A stretch of DNA of 64,000 bases from Leptospiraceae bacterium (GCA_040217195.1 JAVJNR010000003.1:256001-320000), one strand, 5' to 3'. Numbered from the stretch's first letter, positions 52,384 to 64,000 are shown. Made by a program: numbers and translations. The notes: a model not told the origin generated them from the letters alone.

Positions 52384-53211
52384 ATGACTATGCACTGGCA
52401 AAGAAAGCTGCAATGGACTGAATTTATCCTTTTTCTTTTGATTCTATATCTGGCCCTGGCACCCTCCTTCCTTCCGGCCAGACTATTCCCGCAAGTGCTA
52501 TTCTCCTTTCTGGTCATCCCTCCTTCGATCTGGCTGTTTCGAAATCAGAAAAGAACCTTCACTCCCGCTCTATTCTTTGCAATTCAGGCCCTGGTATTTC
52601 CCTGGCTAAACTGGGCTCTCGATGGGAAAGATCTGATTCTACCGCAGCTTCAATTTCTTCCGGCAATATGCATCTATCTTTTAATAGTGATTTCGCGTCC
52701 CGGTCTTCGAAGGGAAATCCACTGGCTACGAGTGGGCGGATTCAATAGAATCACCTATGCATTGATTATCCTCATTGTTGTTTTCAGTGGACTGGCCCTG
52801 GCTATCTGGGCCCAGTTTATCGCAGAAGACCTGGATAAATTTCAAAGGTATGTGCCTCTATGGCCATTGTGGCTTTTAGGTCTCTATGGCCTAATATTTC
52901 CAATTGTTAATTCCCTTCTGGAAGAATTTCTGGCGAGAGCTGCGCTCTACGATGGCTTTCAGTCTATCTGGGGGAGCACTGTAGCGACCATTGGCTTGCA
53001 GGCAATGGTATTTGCTCTCTGGCATTTTCAGGGGTTTCCTGGAGGACTCATTGGTGTGAACATGGTTTTCGTATGGTCAATATTTCTTGGCATCCTGCGA
53101 CACCAATCCCGGGGCATGGCAGCTCCTCTGGTAGCGCACTTCTTCGCAGATCTTACTATAGCCATTTTGCAGTTCTTCCTTTTTATTTTGCCTACACGCC
53201 ACTGGCTTTAG
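52384..53211 (+). CDS. CPBP-family (CAAX/Abi) intramembrane glutamic endopeptidase
   Basis: EEFLAR, FALWH and AHFFAD motifs; multiple TM segments. Confidence 0.9.
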   Translation: MTMHWQRKLQWTEFILFLLILYLALAPSFLPARLFPQVLFSFLVIPPSIWLFRNQKRTFTPALFFAIQALVFPWLNWALDGKDLILPQLQFLPAICIYLLIVISRPGLRREIHWLRVGGFNRITYALIILIVVFSGLALAIWAQFIAEDLDKFQRYVPLWPLWLLGLYGLIFPIVNSLLEEFLARAALYDGFQSIWGSTVATIGLQAMVFALWHFQGFPGGLIGVNMVFVWSIFLGILRHQSRGMAAPLVAHFFADLTIAILQFFLFILPTRHWL

Positions 53212-53270
53212 GCGAACTGGCTTTAGGCGAGATGGCTTTAGGCGAACTGGCGAACTGGCGAACTGGCGAA
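53201..53270. repeat. Short compound tandem repeat (15-bp x3, then 8-bp x3)
   Basis: ACTGGCTTTAGGCGA units followed by ACTGGCGA units, overlapping the CPBP stop codon. Confidence 0.85.
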
Positions 53271-53293
53271 AGTCAAAAACAACAACGAGAAAC

Positions 53294-53323
53294 AAAAGGC
53301 GACGGATTTTTTCCGCCGCCTTT
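53294..53323. terminator. Probable intrinsic terminator for katG
   Basis: AAAAGGCGACGGA-tttt-TTCCGCCGCCTTT hairpin between convergent genes. Confidence 0.7.
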
Positions 53324-53346
53324 CAGTAAAGTTCGAATGGATTCAG

Positions 53347-55596
<2,250 letters not shown>

Positions 55597-55688
55597 CTAT
55601 TTCTGAATCTTCCAGACCTCATGGAGCTGCCTTCTATAGACTAGAAACGACTGTAGCTCTTGAGGCCCTTGCGATATTCGTTTTAAAA

Positions 55689-55703
55689 TTAGAATCATTA
55701 TAG
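55689..55703. promoter_or_regulatory. Per/Fur-type box upstream of katG
   Basis: TTAGAATCATTATAG matches the Per-box consensus TTATAATnATTATAA at 12 of 14 defined positions. Confidence 0.6.
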
Positions 55704-55959
55704 AGGCAACGTCAAGCAGATATGCGAAAAGAAAGCTAAATTCCTAAAATAAAATTGATACAGGTTCATAGTACATTCCTATCTCTGCATAGCCTAAAGC
55801 AATCGCCCGAGTTTCTGACTGAAACCGGAGAGGTCTGCCACAGGCGAAGGATAGCAATCTACGAGCAACGCGCGATATCGCAGCCGTCCCGGCACCACTC
55901 TTTTGCCGGAACGGCAGAGACTGTTTAGCCGAGCGAGTAATATCGATTTTCGCCCGGGC

Positions 55960-56163
55960 CCAATTCAGGTCCTCCGTTGTCTATGGATGTTTCTGGTGAG
56001 CCTCAGTGGACTCAATACTGGAATGCTGCCTCGGATGTTGCACTACCTGGGCTTTGCAGATATGGCAGGATTGATCACAGTTATGTCCGTGCTGGGAGAA
56101 ACAGGAGGAATCCTTTTCGGTATGAGCCAGATTCCCTGGTTTTTCTGGTTGGGATTTATTTAA
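55960..56163 (+). pseudogene. C-terminal remnant of a DUF4386-like membrane protein
   Basis: LWMFLVSLSGL...LPRMLHYLG...AGLITV...FGMSQIPWFFWLG with no N-terminal part. Confidence 0.45.
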
Positions 56164-56278
56164 TATGAGCATCCCGGATTCCTGTAGACAGGGAGGGCGA
56201 TAGGAGATCGCATTAAATTCATAGAGGTAAGCCTGCGCTTGAACTGTCTAAAAGAGCAGCCTGCATCGGAGAGATTTA

Positions 56279-57043
56279 ATGATTAACCAAAAACAAAATG
56301 GACATATCCTGGAACTGGAAATTGCCACCAATGAACTAAACACATTGGATAACAATGCCTTTGCGGCGCTGAATCAAAGCCTGATTGCAGCAAGGGATGA
56401 TGATTCGGTCAAGGTACTGGTGATAAGAGGAAAAGGAGAGAAATTCTTCTCCAACGGATTTGAGCCCACAATGTTTCTGGGAAAGAATTTTGATGAAGTC
56501 TGTGCCTTACTGGAACCTGCTATGGATGCTACTTCGCAATTGCTCATGTTTCCCAAGCCCGTGATGAGCTTCATCAATGGACATTGCATGGGAGTGGGTT
56601 CCGTTCTGGCCATTTTCACAGACTACAGAATAATGGTCGATGGAAAGGCTCGCTTTGGATTTCCCGAATCGCAGATTGGAATCAATTTTCCCTCTGTGCC
56701 CGGGTTTATTCTGAAAGAGCTGGTAGGTATTCGAAATGCTAGAAGCATACTTTTCTCCGGACGACCAATGAAGGCTCCAGAAGCGCTGGAAATGGGCGTA
56801 ATCGACGAAGCAGTTTCTACCGAGGATGCAGCCAGGAGAGTCGAGAAGTATTGTAACTTGTTCAAAGATATGGCCATGGAATCTGTAAAGGGAATCAAAA
56901 AATCGCTCATCGATTATCTTCGAGCTCCTCTGGAAGAAATGCGAAAAACCGATACTGAAGAGTTAGCCCGGGCCGTGGTATCGGAAAATGGACAGGAAGG
57001 AATGCGCTCCATCATAGAAAGACGACGACCTGTATTCAAATAG
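56279..57043 (+). CDS. Enoyl-CoA hydratase/isomerase family protein
   Basis: FFSNGFE, PKPVMSFINGHCMGVG and FGFPESQIG. Confidence 0.92.
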   Translation: MINQKQNGHILELEIATNELNTLDNNAFAALNQSLIAARDDDSVKVLVIRGKGEKFFSNGFEPTMFLGKNFDEVCALLEPAMDATSQLLMFPKPVMSFINGHCMGVGSVLAIFTDYRIMVDGKARFGFPESQIGINFPSVPGFILKELVGIRNARSILFSGRPMKAPEALEMGVIDEAVSTEDAARRVEKYCNLFKDMAMESVKGIKKSLIDYLRAPLEEMRKTDTEELARAVVSENGQEGMRSIIERRRPVFK

Positions 57044-57468
57044 CCTGCCCAACCAACCTTTTAGATCCCGGGCGGCATGAGCCCCCGTCACACATTTCAG
57101 GAACCTGACGAGCGTTCCGGAATTGCACGTATTTAGAAACACCCCCAATCAAGCCGACACTTGTTTACAATTCATCCGTATTTCTCTCCGGCCCGCCCCG
57201 GATTATGTCACATTTTTGGCCGGCGATACAGATTTTAGGACGCCTGGAGCTCGAAAGGAGCAACGAATGAAGCCGTTGGGACCGCGCTGGGCCCAATTCA
57301 GCCGTTGACTCGCATTTTTTTATTCGACTTTTGTCGATTTTTAATTGCAAACATTCCGGAGCCACTCCAATCATAGTACCCTGGGCCTACTCTCCAGGCC
57401 CGATTCGCCCCAGGTCACGGTCCGATCGAATGATTCATGTCCCTGCCCGGCGAATCCGGAGAAATGCC

Positions 57469-59310
57469 ATGAAGTCCAACCATGCAAACTTACTGAGCAA
57501 GATCAAACGAAGTCCTGCCAGACTGGGCCGGTTCTTCCTTGGATCGGCGGAGCGATTTGCCATGCGCCACAGGATACTGAACGGTACATTGCTAGCCGGT
57601 GTGGCCGCCATGGGAATGGGACTGGCTTCGGAGTTTTTCCGCGAAGGATTTGAAACCGGCGGATTGATTGCTCTGTGGACTGCCTTTAGCTCTTCTATTG
57701 TCTTCTATTATTTAGCCCGGTTTCGCCATAAGTTCCAATGGCTCATTCTTCCTACTTTTTTGATCGGTGGCATTTCTACTCTGATGCAAATTCAATACAG
57801 CGGAGGAGTAATAAGTGCAAATATCATGGTGCTCTTTCCGCTTCTTATCATGTATATGTTGATTCTGGGCCGAAAATACGATTGGCTCATCATTCTGGCA
57901 TTCGTACTGACCCTTTTTGGAATTCAGATTGTTCAAAATGAATTTCCAGACCTATTCTCCGATTATTCCAGCGATAAGGCCAGAAGCGAAGACTTTCTGG
58001 TAACTGCAGTAACGGTTATTCTGGTCGTTGGATTGATGCTTCGCACTTTGAATCGTTCCTACGAAGATGCACTGGATGAAGTCCGACGACTGAAGGATCA
58101 GCAGGATGGGGATTATTTTCTTACATCGTTACTCATTCGTCCTCTTGCAGGCGTCCGCAATCATTCGAAGTCAGTTCATCTTTCCACTTACGTAAAGCAG
58201 AAAAAGTCCTTTAGATTCAAAGATAAGGATCATGAACTGGGCGGTGACATTTGTGTGGCCGATGGAATTGTACTTAGAGGAAGAAGCTACTGCGTATTTG
58301 CCAATGGAGATGCAATGGGCAAATCTATGCAGGGGGCCGGCGGTGCCCTGGTCTTCGGGGCTGCCTTTCGCGCATTGATTGAACGAACCCACAGGGAATC
58401 CTATCTGGCCGGACATTTTCCGGAACATTGGCTACAGGAAGCGCTCAACGATATGAACAGCGCTTTCCAGGGATTCGATGGATCCATGTCCATTTCTCTT
58501 ATCATGGGTCTGGTGGATGAAGCCAGTGGTTTCCTGTATTACATCAATGCAGAACATCCATTTCCTATCTTGCTTCGCACCAGCAAGGCTCATTTTCTCT
58601 CCGAAGAAGCTACGAACTTCAAGGTTGGTATGCTCCATGAAAAGGCAAGGATTGAAACCTTTCAAATTCGACCGGGAGATACAATTATAGTTGGTTCAGA
58701 TGGCCGGGACGATCTTTCCATTGGAGGCGAAGACCAGGAAAATCGTACCATCAATGAAGACCACACTGCCATTTTAGAAGAAGTAGAAAGCTGCCAGGGA
58801 GATCTGGAAGAGCTTGCTGCCAATCTAGAAACCAGAGGAGAATTAACCGACGACCTCTCTTTGCTGAGCATCCGATTTTCCCCGGTTCAAACAATCCGAA
58901 TTGCAAGTCCATCCAGTTCCCTGGAGCAAGCCAGAGCGCTGGTTAAGAGCGATCCTCCGGTAGCTCTGGAGATACTTCATCAGGAGCAGGAAAACAATCC
59001 CCATAGTCCGGAAATTCAAAAACTTCTGTTTGAAGCGTATCGCAATTCTGACCGGCCAGAAAGCGCTGCCATTGCTGCATCTGCATATGTTGACATGAAA
59101 CCTGGAAGCCTGCAAATGATGTACAATAGCGCCGTCCAGTACGCTCGAGCGGGCATGCTGGATCAGGCCATTTCCATGGCAGAGCGGATTCTAAGTAGAA
59201 AGCCAGACTCTGAGCCAGTAATCAATCTTCTGGGCCGACTCTATAGAAAGACAGGGCAATCCGAACGCGCCCTTGAATTGCGCGAAGATCGATCTACAGT
59301 GGAGGTTTGA
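57469..59310 (+). CDS. Membrane SpoIIE/PP2C-like phosphatase with C-terminal TPRs
   Basis: TM bundle; QQDGDYFLTSLL, ELGGDIC, NGDAMGKSMQGAGGA, NAEHP, GSDGRDD and LTDDLSL. Confidence 0.93.
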   Translation: MKSNHANLLSKIKRSPARLGRFFLGSAERFAMRHRILNGTLLAGVAAMGMGLASEFFREGFETGGLIALWTAFSSSIVFYYLARFRHKFQWLILPTFLIGGISTLMQIQYSGGVISANIMVLFPLLIMYMLILGRKYDWLIILAFVLTLFGIQIVQNEFPDLFSDYSSDKARSEDFLVTAVTVILVVGLMLRTLNRSYEDALDEVRRLKDQQDGDYFLTSLLIRPLAGVRNHSKSVHLSTYVKQKKSFRFKDKDHELGGDICVADGIVLRGRSYCVFANGDAMGKSMQGAGGALVFGAAFRALIERTHRESYLAGHFPEHWLQEALNDMNSAFQGFDGSMSISLIMGLVDEASGFLYYINAEHPFPILLRTSKAHFLSEEATNFKVGMLHEKARIETFQIRPGDTIIVGSDGRDDLSIGGEDQENRTINEDHTAILEEVESCQGDLEELAANLETRGELTDDLSLLSIRFSPVQTIRIASPSSSLEQARALVKSDPPVALEILHQEQENNPHSPEIQKLLFEAYRNSDRPESAAIAASAYVDMKPGSLQMMYNSAVQYARAGMLDQAISMAERILSRKPDSEPVINLLGRLYRKTGQSERALELREDRSTVEV

Positions 59311-59602
59311 TTCTATAATGAGTGGCCTTGTTTAATGCGGCCGAAGAATGCTTCATGAACAGGCAACTGGCTGGCCGGAGTTTCTGGATTCATTCGATAT
59401 GGACCAATTGGATCTAGATTTAACTGCTGCAAACTCATAAATCCAGGGCCTTCCCTGCTTCGCAGAACCGGGCGTTAGTAGTGACTGTTCGCCCCGGGTG
59501 AATGTAACGAACGATCGAAAGCATCAATTTCCTGGAAAAAATCCAATCAGATGAAGAAACCCCGCGTCTAAACCTAAAAGCCGCCAGGCCTGGGAGACGA
59601 AT

Positions 59603-60211
59603 ATGCGAAATACTTGTGTTAATCCGAAATCCACTAGAATTCTATTTCTTCTGATTGCCTATCTAATATCCAGCGGAATCGCCGCCGCACCATGGGAGAG
59701 AGTCATCATAATTCATTTGCAGGGTAACAACATTGAAGCTGGCTTTGCCGGCGAATCCAGTCCTCGAGTCTCCATGCCTGCTGTGGTTGGTACCGGCGGC
59801 AGCTCTGGTCCTATGATTGGTATGCAATCTGCCAGAACATACTATGGACAGGATGCGCTGGATCGTTCCGGACTGAAGCTTACGTACGCTGTTCAGAATC
59901 AGAGAATCGTAGATTTCACGGCTTTCAAGAAGCTGGTAGCTCACATACTGTCTTCCAAACTAGGTATTGATTCAACCGAAGCCGCTGTGGTTATGAATGA
60001 AGCTAGCGGAAGCCCGGATTCGGTACGAAAACAAACCACTCAGCTATTCTTTGAAGGTCTGGGAGTACAAGGATTCTTCATGTCCTATCAGTTTCAAGGT
60101 TTTGCGCAGATGAGCTCCATGGCCTCTCAATCCACTTTTGTAGAAACCTTCATTACTCAGGATGAGTACGATGAAATAGGTGCTTCTGTGATTCTTCGCA
60201 AGTCTCCATGA
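59603..60211 (+). CDS. Signal-peptide-bearing actin-like protein (actin subdomains 1+2 only)
   Basis: EAGFAGESSPRVSMPAVVG, GPMIGM, NEASGSP...RKQTTQLFFE and ASQSTF...ITQDEYDEIGASVILRK match actin KAGFAGDDAPRAVFPSIVG, GVMVGM, TEAPLNP...REKMTQIMFE and ASLSTF...ISKQEYDESGPSIVHRK. GGGAG RBS. Confidence 0.9.
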   Translation: MRNTCVNPKSTRILFLLIAYLISSGIAAAPWERVIIIHLQGNNIEAGFAGESSPRVSMPAVVGTGGSSGPMIGMQSARTYYGQDALDRSGLKLTYAVQNQRIVDFTAFKKLVAHILSSKLGIDSTEAAVVMNEASGSPDSVRKQTTQLFFEGLGVQGFFMSYQFQGFAQMSSMASQSTFVETFITQDEYDEIGASVILRKSP

Positions 60212-60550
60212 TGGAGTGAGCTACCTGGCATTCTTCGTAACGGTGATTGATTAATCGACCCGGAAGCTTTTCAAAAAAGTCAGCGATTGACTTAGGGAAC
60301 CGGAAATTCTTCGCCAGTGTCACCGATTGGTTGAGAGGCTCCTGTATCCAAATCGAAAAAGGCGCCCAATCAAGCTTCTGGATCTGGCCATGAGATTATC
60401 CGGGCGGTAGTAACAAGGTCCATGAACCGGGCCACCGGGATCCTCCGAAGCGGTCTCTTTCGCCCTGAGTTTGTTGGTATTCTGATTGGAGAATCTACAA
60501 TAGCTCGAGAATCGGACTTACGCGGATCTGGATCGTCATCCCGGCAGACC

Positions 60551-61450
60551 TCAGGATCCAACCTTACCGCTTGTGGGCTTCTCGGCCGGCTGCGAATCCT
60601 CCACTCTATCTCTAAGAATTTGCATAATCTGCAATTCGCGCAGGGAGATGGTTAGCACTTCCCGAGCAATGGCCCTTTGCTCATCGTCCTTGATGAAGTT
60701 TAGCTGCGTTCGGGCTTTATCGCAATGCTTCCGGGCTTCCTGCAAACGACCGTCGATCATGGCTATCTGGGCACGAGTTAGAGTAGAGAATGTCTTATCT
60801 ATGGCCGGGAAATCCTCCTGATCCACGCGATCCAGAAGTCCCGGCACCTCCCCATCGTTGGAAGTTTTTTCGTCCAGAAGGTAATCATCCGCCAGGCTCA
60901 GAAGATCATTATTCTCTTTGAGTTCCTTTTCACGCTGTGCATCGTATTCGTTTCTGTAATAGATAAATCGATCGCCCTTGATCAGGTAAGCCGTTCCGAA
61001 GCTGGTTTCGCTCATCTTTTCAGTAAGTGAATCCGACTTTGGATCAAAGTTTGTTACTACCAGAAGTCGAGTATCTCCCTTGATTTTCACGAGTTTGAAG
61101 TTGATAAACAAGGTCTGTCCCGGTTTATCTCTGTAATCCTCAATGCGAATCTGATTGGCCGCCTCCGTGGACATATTGGTACGCACAAAGTGAATCAGGG
61201 ATGCCGCTTCCACCGGGCTTAGATCCAGCTCCAGAGGACGAATAATGTAAACCTGCAGACCATGGACTATGAAGTAATCGTTCAATTCAATGTTGGCAGG
61301 CACGCTCTTATCGCTTCTATAAAATGCCAGACCATCTGCATGCAGCGGGTTTGAATTAAATGTCAGAATAAGTCCAAGGAGGCCCATCAGAATCCCTGAA
61401 CGGACCATGCCAGGAGTTTCGAAAAAGTTTGTATTCGAGAATCGTTTCAT
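60551..61450 (-). CDS. Exported hypothetical protein with helical (TPR-like) C-terminus
   Basis: Signal peptide ending PLHA; 299-aa ORF. Confidence 0.75.
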   Translation of the reverse strand: MKRFSNTNFFETPGMVRSGILMGLLGLILTFNSNPLHADGLAFYRSDKSVPANIELNDYFIVHGLQVYIIRPLELDLSPVEAASLIHFVRTNMSTEAANQIRIEDYRDKPGQTLFINFKLVKIKGDTRLLVVTNFDPKSDSLTEKMSETSFGTAYLIKGDRFIYYRNEYDAQREKELKENNDLLSLADDYLLDEKTSNDGEVPGLLDRVDQEDFPAIDKTFSTLTRAQIAMIDGRLQEARKHCDKARTQLNFIKDDEQRAIAREVLTISLRELQIMQILRDRVEDSQPAEKPTSGKVGS

Positions 61451-61553
61451 TTTTGTTCCTTATTGATGGTAGATTAGGTGCCGGGGCCCTGGACGATGAT
61501 ACATCCCTGGAAATGAGTTACCAGTGTGCTATCGCCTATGCGATAGCACTCAA

Positions 61554-62429
61554 TTATGGCCTGGTCAAAATTGCTTTCCAGACTTCATGGTTTTTCTCTG
61601 GCATGGAGTTCGCATGGTAATTGTAGCGAAGATCGTAGATTCGATCGCCATTCAGGTTGAATACACCCATTACATGCCTGGGACCATCCTTCTGGCATCC
61701 ATTGTGACTCCATTCGAAGTAAATCAGCTGAGTTCCAAGTTGCTCCATTTGAAACGTGGAGTCCTGGCATTCTTCCAGCATCTGGTTTTCCTTGTATTCT
61801 AGAAATCCGCCCGGATCAAAACCAGGGGCCAGAATCGCATGCATAATACTTTCTTCCGGGCCTTCTGGCGGATTATCCAGACTGTAATGCATTATGACGT
61901 ATTCGTCTTTGGAATAATAATCGGACATGGTCCATCTACGGGTGTCCAGGTACAAATAGGGTCGCACCCGATTCAGCGGTTTTTCATGTCCCAGGCGTTC
62001 CTTAAACAGGGTCCTATGGGTTTTCTTAATGTTTTCGTCGAAGGTTCTAGGAATGTACAGTGTTTCGGTGGATTCTTTTAGTACTATGTCCAGGCGAAAG
62101 AGGCGCACCGTGGTCCCTTCATCGTAAATCCAGTCCAATCGGGCCAGGTCAATGACTTCACTGTTCTTAAAGTCCGGCTCGTAAATTTTCTTTCCTTTCA
62201 ACTCGATAATTAGCTTTTCTTCGCCATCGGATAGATTATACAGCTTCAATGCCTGAATGTCTTCCGTCTTGGTCTTGTACCAGATGGTCCAGCGAAAGCC
62301 TTCCGGAGAATTGGCTGCCCCAATTCCACGCACTTTGATGGATTCATTTTCATCCTGCGGCAAGATCTGCGCAGAAAGGGAGCCAGACACCAGAAAGGCT
62401 ATAATCAGTAGTATTCTCATATTATTCAT
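61554..62429 (-). CDS. Exported hypothetical protein
   Basis: Signal peptide MRILLIIAFLVSGSLSA; 291-aa ORF. Confidence 0.75.
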   Translation of the reverse strand: MNNMRILLIIAFLVSGSLSAQILPQDENESIKVRGIGAANSPEGFRWTIWYKTKTEDIQALKLYNLSDGEEKLIIELKGKKIYEPDFKNSEVIDLARLDWIYDEGTTVRLFRLDIVLKESTETLYIPRTFDENIKKTHRTLFKERLGHEKPLNRVRPYLYLDTRRWTMSDYYSKDEYVIMHYSLDNPPEGPEESIMHAILAPGFDPGGFLEYKENQMLEECQDSTFQMEQLGTQLIYFEWSHNGCQKDGPRHVMGVFNLNGDRIYDLRYNYHANSMPEKNHEVWKAILTRP

Positions 62430-62585
62430 CCCCGAAAATAATGGAAATTCCGCTCTTTGGGTTCCTATAGAACGGTCAATAGTCTACAGGCGGGGTTTTC
62501 TCCGTCAATGGGAAATATTGGGGGTATGGGGGGGCCGAGCTCAGCTATTCCCAGAATCCCATTCTTTGATGCAGGGCAGGGCCCG

Positions 62586-62918
62586 GTTCGTCTTTGCCCG
62601 CTCCCGCGCGTTTTATGCGAACTTCAGCTAGGCGCCGGGTTCGACATTGCCCGCTTCCGTGCGTTTTATGCGAAGCTTCCCCTCCGGCCGTCCAGCACTG
62701 AGTTCGTCTTTGCCCGCTCCCGCGCGCTTTATGCGAACTTCATCTGGCCGCCGGGTTCGACATTGCCCGCTTCCGTGCGTTTTATGCGACCCCCGCCTCG
62801 GGCCGTCCCGCGCCGATTTCGACTTTGCCCGCTTCCGTGCTTTTTAGGCGAACCTCGCCTCCGGCCATCCCGCGCCGAGTTCGACTCTGCCCGCTTCCGT
62901 GCTTTTTAGGCGAACCTC
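62586..62918. repeat. Six-copy array of a 37-bp GTTCG-N27-CGAAC-type unit
   Basis: TTCG starts at 62587, 62640, 62703, 62756, 62818 and 62880 (periods 53, 63, 53, 62, 62); core TTGCCCGCTYCCGYGC..TTTAKGCGAA. Confidence 0.92.
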
Positions 62919-63012
62919 GCCCCGCCTCCATCTACCTTTCCCCGGGCTACTGAATCTCACGACCCTACTTTGCAACTTTTCTGATCAACGAAATCTTCTT
63001 TGAAGACAATGT

Positions 63013-63720
63013 ATGGCAGAGGAACTCATGCCAGTTTGCCGCATAACAATTCAACAAGGGTATCCCATCGTTCTTCCACTACTCATTTTGCTCCTACTGT
63101 TAGGTAGCTGCTCGAATGCAGACGATAGGAATAGACGAGACCAGAGATTACATCAAGCTTTGAACTACTATCGGAACCAGAAATTCACGGAAGCCGGTCA
63201 GCTAACCCAGAATCTAATTAGAAAACATCCGGACTGGCCTGCTCCACAGATACTGAATGCTAAAATCCTATTTTTCACGAGGAAATTCCGAGAAGCTGAA
63301 AATCAACTAAGAGAAACCCTGGATAAGAATCCGAACCATCCGTATGCCCGGCAGTGGTTAGCCAGAGCCATTGCTACGCAGCCAGAACGATTGACGGAAG
63401 CAGTGGCTGTACTGGCGCAGATGCTTCAGCGAAATCCCGATGATTCTGTGGCTCATTACCTGCTCGCCCGCTGCGCCGAAAGATTAGGACAGCGAGAAAA
63501 GGCAATCCGGCATTATCAGGAGGCCATTTCTGTATCTGCTACTGTAAGTCGAGCCCATCTCAGGCTGGCGGATTTGCTTAACCGAAACAACCTTCCGGAA
63601 CGTGCGAGAAGGCATTTAGAGCAAGTACGAGCCCTGAACCTGAAGTCACATGCAAAAGAAGCCAAACAGCTTCTGAAACATATGGATAGACAATCAGAGG
63701 CAGGTGACGATGCAGGTTAG
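63013..63720 (+). CDS. TPR-containing lipoprotein
   Basis: Lipobox LGSC; TPR helices such as NPDDSVAHYLLARCAERLG. Confidence 0.88.
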   Translation: MAEELMPVCRITIQQGYPIVLPLLILLLLLGSCSNADDRNRRDQRLHQALNYYRNQKFTEAGQLTQNLIRKHPDWPAPQILNAKILFFTRKFREAENQLRETLDKNPNHPYARQWLARAIATQPERLTEAVAVLAQMLQRNPDDSVAHYLLARCAERLGQREKAIRHYQEAISVSATVSRAHLRLADLLNRNNLPERARRHLEQVRALNLKSHAKEAKQLLKHMDRQSEAGDDAG

Positions 63721-64000
63721 ACTACCACAGCGGACCGCGAAAGTTTTCATTCTCTACCTTATACTAAAAGCAGGACCTGCAATAGCTTCGCCCGTGGAAG
63801 GTTCAAGGAACGATCTGCCTGATATGCAGTCCATAGAACAGATGGCTCTGGATCATAGCCTGGACCTTCAAAAGAATCGCATCGATGCCAGAATGGCCGA
63901 TGAGGAAACCTTTAACTCATACCGACAGTTCTTTCCATCGGTTTCGGTATCCTATAGAAGAAATCGCACCGTTGCCCGTCGAGATTTTGATAATGGTCGG
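63710..64000 (+). CDS. TolC-family outer membrane protein, truncated at window end
   Basis: MQVRLPQ...signal...IEQMALDHSLDL...YRQFFPSVSVSY, typical of a TolC N-terminus; overlaps the TPR gene stop. Confidence 0.7.
   Translation, partial: MQVRLPQRTAKVFILYLILKAGPAIASPVEGSRNDLPDMQSIEQMALDHSLDLQKNRIDARMADEETFNSYRQFFPSVSVSYRRNRTVARRDFDNGR

Noticed and set aside
55790..55920. Possible riboswitch-like structured leader
   Set aside because: Some hairpins are present but I see no convincing match to any riboswitch consensus.
59603..60211. MreB/FtsA/ParM-type prokaryotic actin
   Set aside because: It lacks DLGT and DIGGGT phosphate motifs and carries the eukaryotic actin-specific AGFAG, D-loop and EYDE.G C-terminus.
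62586..62918. CRISPR array
   Set aside because: Repeats are degenerate, the inter-repeat segments are short (about 16-26 bp) and homologous to each other, and there are no cas genes in the window.

Overview
A 64-kb bacterial chromosomal window, about 50% GC by eye, most likely from a Leptospiraceae spirochaete. That assignment is inferred from a SpoIIE/PP2C protein with the Leptospira-type QQDGDYFLTSLL motif, many spirochaete-style lipoproteins and a TIGR04388-like fragment. The left part (1-18.4 kb) is mostly core and metabolic: sbcCD, a TerB-like protein, a double-domain mgsA, LysR-leuCD, TetR/thioesterase, pirin and tRNA-Asn. An accessory stretch follows (18.4-36 kb) with a hairpin array fused to the tRNA 3' end, a WYL regulator/hydrolase pair, pseudogenes, a polymorphic-toxin-like remnant, an Rpn nuclease and an rve integrase. 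Next come GSII, an RRM/DEAD-box pair, a methyltransferase-MpaB oxygenase-cNMP/PhcB-like-P450 operon and katG. The most striking item is a 202-aa signal-peptide-bearing 'half-actin' (59603-60211). It matches eukaryotic actin subdomains 1+2 and lacks subdomains 3+4, which are deleted at the interdomain hinge. Also notable are the structure-conserved 5-unit array after tRNA-Asn and a dispersed GTTCG-N27-CGAAC site family, including a 6-copy array before a TPR/TolC locus. All calls come from motif recognition by eye; no searches were run.
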